A DNA stretch of 61,651 nucleotides, counting the filler. It is 4 parts of 4 records of this genome, joined end to end, with 100 filler letters (N's around TTAATTAATTAA, not from the genome) between each part and the next. Parts side by side here need not be neighbours in the genome. Positions count along the whole stretch, not along the records: positions 45,456 to 61,651 come from SRR20825006_935; 3 more parts are not named here. One strand, given 5' to 3'. Below are positions 58,216-61,651 of this stretch, piece by piece. How positions within the stretch are numbered: the first letter of the stretch is position 1; each line of letters opens with the position of its first letter. Under the pieces are notes generated by a model that was given only the letters and a program-made list of their open reading frames with translations, was not told the origin of the DNA and made no database searches. The position numbers were made by a program, and so were the translations under genes.

Positions 58216-59016
58216 ATGGAAATACCTAACAAAGAATATGCTTCCTTTAAGGTAATTCTTGTTATTGTTATTTTTATTTTTTTGAATTTTTCATTCAGCT
58301 ACTCTCAAAATGACAGTATTGCGGATCATGATTTTACCAGACAATTATGGTTTGAATTAAAACCATCTTGGAAATTGAGTGAACGCACCCGTCTAAATAC
58401 AGATATTAGCTATAGAACTAACGAACCAAAAAATGGAGAAAGATTTGTCTCCAAAGCTGAAATCCAATACCAATTAAAACAACTCAATCTAAAGAATTTA
58501 AAATTTAACCATGCGGTAACTGGAGGTATCGGGTATTTTTATATCAATAATTTTAATGCCGTTAACGCATTTGAATATAGGATATACCAAGGATATAGTC
58601 TTGGTTTTAACTTTACCAAAAGAACAAAATTTAATCAATACCTTCGTTTAGAAGAACGTTTTACCAATCTTTTCAGAGAAGAAAACAGCTCTTTTGGATT
58701 ACGATTACGATATAAAATATCTGGTATTATTAATTTGTCAGACTTATTTGCGGATAAGTCAAAAGGCTTTTACATCCCTGCTGATGTTGAGTTTTTCTTC
58801 AATATTAAAAAATCTAAACAAATTAACGATGTTATTAGAATCACTCCTGGAATAGGCTATGTATTCAATCCTAGTTTTAAAGCACAATTCAGCATTGGTT
58901 ATCATTACACTAAACAAGAATTTGAAAACTTAGTTCGAACTAATGATATTATCTTTCAATTAAGAGTATACAAAACATTTCCTTTACGCTTAGTTAAAGA
59001 CCCACATGAATTATAA
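58216..59016 (+). CDS. Putative outer-membrane beta-barrel protein (DUF2490-like)
   Basis: Signal peptide; alternating beta pattern; FEYRIYQ, RLEERF, RLRYK, EFFFN, RITPGIGY. Confidence 0.72.
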   Translation: MEIPNKEYASFKVILVIVIFIFLNFSFSYSQNDSIADHDFTRQLWFELKPSWKLSERTRLNTDISYRTNEPKNGERFVSKAEIQYQLKQLNLKNLKFNHAVTGGIGYFYINNFNAVNAFEYRIYQGYSLGFNFTKRTKFNQYLRLEERFTNLFREENSSFGLRLRYKISGIINLSDLFADKSKGFYIPADVEFFFNIKKSKQINDVIRITPGIGYVFNPSFKAQFSIGYHYTKQEFENLVRTNDIIFQLRVYKTFPLRLVKDPHEL

Positions 59017-59568
59017 TAAAATTATTAATGTCCGAGTAAAAATACTAGATCGCTTCGCTATAAGAATAAAGGACAAAACTAAATCTTAAATACCACAAAA
59101 TAAGTAGTTTAAAGAAAACGCATTACTAAAATCCTTTTTTCATTCATTCTTATTAATAGCAAAGCTTCCATTTTGAAAACCCCATTTGAACTATCATATA
59201 AATGGAGTCCAATAAATTCCGTTAAACTTTTATTGGACAACAATATAATAAAATGTAAAACTTTTTTATTAAATGAAAACAATAACTTAATATTGTAATC
59301 GTTTGCAGTAAAAACGTAACTTTGCAACCCTAAATATTGCTACTACATAGATTTTTTTGAATCATCCATCTGCTTTAAGCCTAAATATGTGATATTCAAA
59401 AAGAATAAATTAATTCATTTTGACATATATTGTCAATGGATTAAACTCTTTATGAGAAATTAAAACGAATAATTAACCTACTTCGGTTCTAGCTAAATGG
59501 ATTTCGATAAAGAATCGAAGTAAGAATCGAGGAATTAAAACCACGTAGTGGAATTAACATTTTAACGA

Positions 59569-60189
59569 ATGAAGATGACGAGAAAGAACCTATTAACAGC
59601 AACATCCTTAATTCTATTTTCAATTTTCACTGTCATTGCACAAGAAAGTGATAAAAAAGAATTGTCTTTAACAGAAGGGAGTATCGACAATCAGTTTGAA
59701 TACATCTTTCAAAAGGCCAACAATTATCAAGATTATAAAGTAGTAAAGAAAAACTGGCTTTTACTTCTAAAGAAAAACACGCTAGATTCTGTAGCTAGGT
59801 TAGAAAAAGAGCTTGCAACATCGGAGCAACTAACGAGTACACAGAAATCAAAAATTGATAATTTAAACAAAGAATTAGCTTCTACAAATCAACAACTTGC
59901 AACAGTTACTGAAGAGAAGGATAGCATTTCTTTTTTTGGAGCCCTTATTAACAAACCTGCCTACAAAGGTATTATGTGGGGAATTGTTGCTATCCTAGCT
60001 TTAATTCTAGGTTTCTTTGTTTATAAATTTAAAAATGCCAATACAGTAACTCAAGAAGCTCAAAAATCTTTAGCGGAATTGGAAGAAGAATATGAAGAAC
60101 ACCGCAGAAAAGCTTTAGAGCGAGAGCAGAAAGCTAGAAGACAATTACAAGACGAAATAAATAAGCAAAAACTTACTAAAACTAAGTAA
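59569..60189 (+). CDS. Coiled-coil membrane protein upstream of trmD
   Basis: Signal peptide, coiled coil, one TM (WGIVAILALILGFFVY), C-terminal coiled coil; no methyltransferase motifs. Confidence 0.8.
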   Translation: MKMTRKNLLTATSLILFSIFTVIAQESDKKELSLTEGSIDNQFEYIFQKANNYQDYKVVKKNWLLLLKKNTLDSVARLEKELATSEQLTSTQKSKIDNLNKELASTNQQLATVTEEKDSISFFGALINKPAYKGIMWGIVAILALILGFFVYKFKNANTVTQEAQKSLAELEEEYEEHRRKALEREQKARRQLQDEINKQKLTKTK

Positions 60190-60246
60190 GGTTTTAACTT
60201 TTTTAAGATATAAATCCCATTTATGGGGATAAATTATGATTCTATT

Positions 60247-60272
60247 AAACTCCCCTTAAGGGGAGTTTTTTT
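60247..60272 (+). terminator. Terminator-like perfect palindrome
   Basis: AAACTCCCC-TTAA-GGGGAGTTT followed by TTTT. Confidence 0.75.
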
Positions 60273-60295
60273 ATCTTACCAATTAAAAACCATCC

Positions 60296-61369
60296 ATGTC
60301 AAAAAGAAAAAAAGCAACTTACATAGTTGTAGTTATTATACTTTTATTAGTTATAGTACGGTTATTACTTCCCACTATTGTAAAGAGATATGTAAACAAT
60401 ACTTTACAAGAAATACCAGGCTATTGGGGACATGTAGAAGATATAGACATTAATTTGTACCGAGGTGCTTATGTTATTCATCAATTAAAATTAGATAAGA
60501 TGAATGGAGAAAGTAGCATTCCTTTTTTAAATTTTGAGAAATCCGACATCTCCATTCAATGGAAATCGCTTTTTGACGGAGAAATTGTAAGCAAAATCGA
60601 CTTATACAGACCTAAAATCACTTATATTTTTGAAGAACAAGTAAATGATTCTGTAAAAACTTCTAACAACGATTGGAGTAAAGCACTAACAGATCTTGTT
60701 CCCATAGACATTAATAAACTTACAATTACTGAAGGAAAAGTAGGATTTATTGAATTTAATAAGAGTCCCGATGTAGATTTATATATTGACCAAATAGAGT
60801 TAGTAGCCACCAATTTAAGAAATGTAGAAAACAAAGAACAAAAGCTCCCTTCCTCACTTCATTTAACAGGAGTTAGCATTGGTGGCGGAAATGTAAAACT
60901 TGATGGAGAAATGGATTTAGTACAACAAATTCCAGATGTTGATTTTAATTTTTCACTTGAAAAAGCAGCTGTCAAAGCTCTAAACTCATTCACCCTTGCT
61001 TATGTAGGAATAGACTTTGAAAAAGGAAATTTTGACCTTTTTAGTGAGCTTGTAATAAACAATGGTTATTTAAAAGGATATTTTAAGCCTATTTTAACGG
61101 ATGTAAAAATTGTAGATTCTTTTGGCAAAGAAAACAGTAGTATCTTTAAAAAAGCATGGGAAGGATTTGTTGGATTTTTTAAATTTATCTTTAAAAATCA
61201 AAAACAAGACTCTTTAGCTACTAAAATCCCTATTGAAGGCGACCTTAACAATGTAGATTCAAACATTTTTAGTACTATTGCAGGAATCTTTAAAAATGCA
61301 TTTATAAAAGCCTATAAAGGAGAAATAGATGAGTCGGTAATGTTTAAAGATGCTAAAAAAGAAGAATAA
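60296..61369 (+). CDS. DUF748 / AsmA-like protein
   Basis: N-terminal TM; GHVEDIDINLYRGAY, GYFKPIL, ATKIPIEGDL, NAFIKA. Confidence 0.78.
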   Translation: MSKRKKATYIVVVIILLLVIVRLLLPTIVKRYVNNTLQEIPGYWGHVEDIDINLYRGAYVIHQLKLDKMNGESSIPFLNFEKSDISIQWKSLFDGEIVSKIDLYRPKITYIFEEQVNDSVKTSNNDWSKALTDLVPIDINKLTITEGKVGFIEFNKSPDVDLYIDQIELVATNLRNVENKEQKLPSSLHLTGVSIGGGNVKLDGEMDLVQQIPDVDFNFSLEKAAVKALNSFTLAYVGIDFEKGNFDLFSELVINNGYLKGYFKPILTDVKIVDSFGKENSSIFKKAWEGFVGFFKFIFKNQKQDSLATKIPIEGDLNNVDSNIFSTIAGIFKNAFIKAYKGEIDESVMFKDAKKEE

Positions 61370-61384
61370 AATTCTATTTATAAA

Positions 61385-61651
61385 ATGCGGATAGATATAA
61401 TTACAGTACTACCAGAGCTACTTACAAGTCCTTTTGAAGCTTCTATTTTAAAAAGAGCAATTGATAAAGGGCATGTAGAAATACATTTACATAATTTAAG
61501 AGATTATACTACAAATAATTACAAAACTGTAGATGATTATCAATTTGGTGGCGGAGCTGGAATGGTAATGATGATTGAACCCATTGATAAATGTATTAGC
61601 GGATTAAAAGCAGAGAGAAGCTATGATGAAGTTATTTATATGACTCCAGAT
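61385..61651 (+). CDS. trmD: tRNA (guanine-N1)-methyltransferase TrmD (5' part; runs off the window; not in the ORF track)
   Basis: Hand translation [25 protein letters not shown]...HNLRDY...[18 protein letters not shown]...IYMTPD. Confidence 0.96.
   Translation, partial: MRIDIITVLPELLTSPFEASILKRAIDKGHVEIHLHNLRDYTTNNYKTVDDYQFGGGAGMVMMIEPIDKCISGLKAERSYDEVIYMTPD

Noticed and set aside
59109..59327. 72-aa minus-strand ORF
   Set aside because: AT-rich, non-ATG start, overlaps a plus-strand promoter element and has no motif; probably spurious.
59569..60189. Calling this gene a tRNA methyltransferase because it precedes trmD
   Set aside because: The sequence shows only a signal peptide, coiled coils and a TM helix; the real trmD starts at 61385.

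Overview
This window is not one continuous locus. It is four contigs joined by artificial 100-bp linkers (44 N + TTAATTAATTAA + 44 N) at 19456-19555, 32117-32216 and 45356-45455, and it probably comes from at least three organisms. Contig 1 (1-19455) is GC-rich and Rhodobacteraceae/Roseobacter-like. It carries the start of the iscR-(flavodoxin-like)-iscS-sufB operon with IscR and Irr (ICE) sites, a tandem HD-domain gene, a low-GC orphan with a HEPN-like motif, M32 carboxypeptidase, ctaA, a TrmJ-like gene, olsBA, chpT, proAB, obgE, two GNATs and part of rpmA. Contig 2 (19556-32116) is Flavobacteriaceae of intermediate GC. It is an L-rhamnose/pectin locus: GntR regulator, RhaEW-type aldolase/dehydrogenase, isomerase, kinase, LldD, an NCS1 permease, GH28 and GH115. 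A PIN toxin-antitoxin module sits inside it between 35-bp direct repeats. Contigs 3 and 4 (32217-61651) are AT-rich Flavobacteriaceae housekeeping regions (alaS, M23, lemA/TPM, der, era, partial tRNA-Met, ribD, dnaA, mltG, dapF, htrA, gap, trmD). I see no CRISPR array, rRNA, transposase or integrase, and no clearly new multi-gene system. The best leads are the HEPN-like single-gene islet with its flanking GCGGACATT-type motifs, the TA module bounded by a duplicated terminator arm, the NCS1 permease as a candidate rhamnose-pathway transporter, and a candidate operator for the rhamnose regulator. All annotations come from reading motifs by eye; no database search was run.
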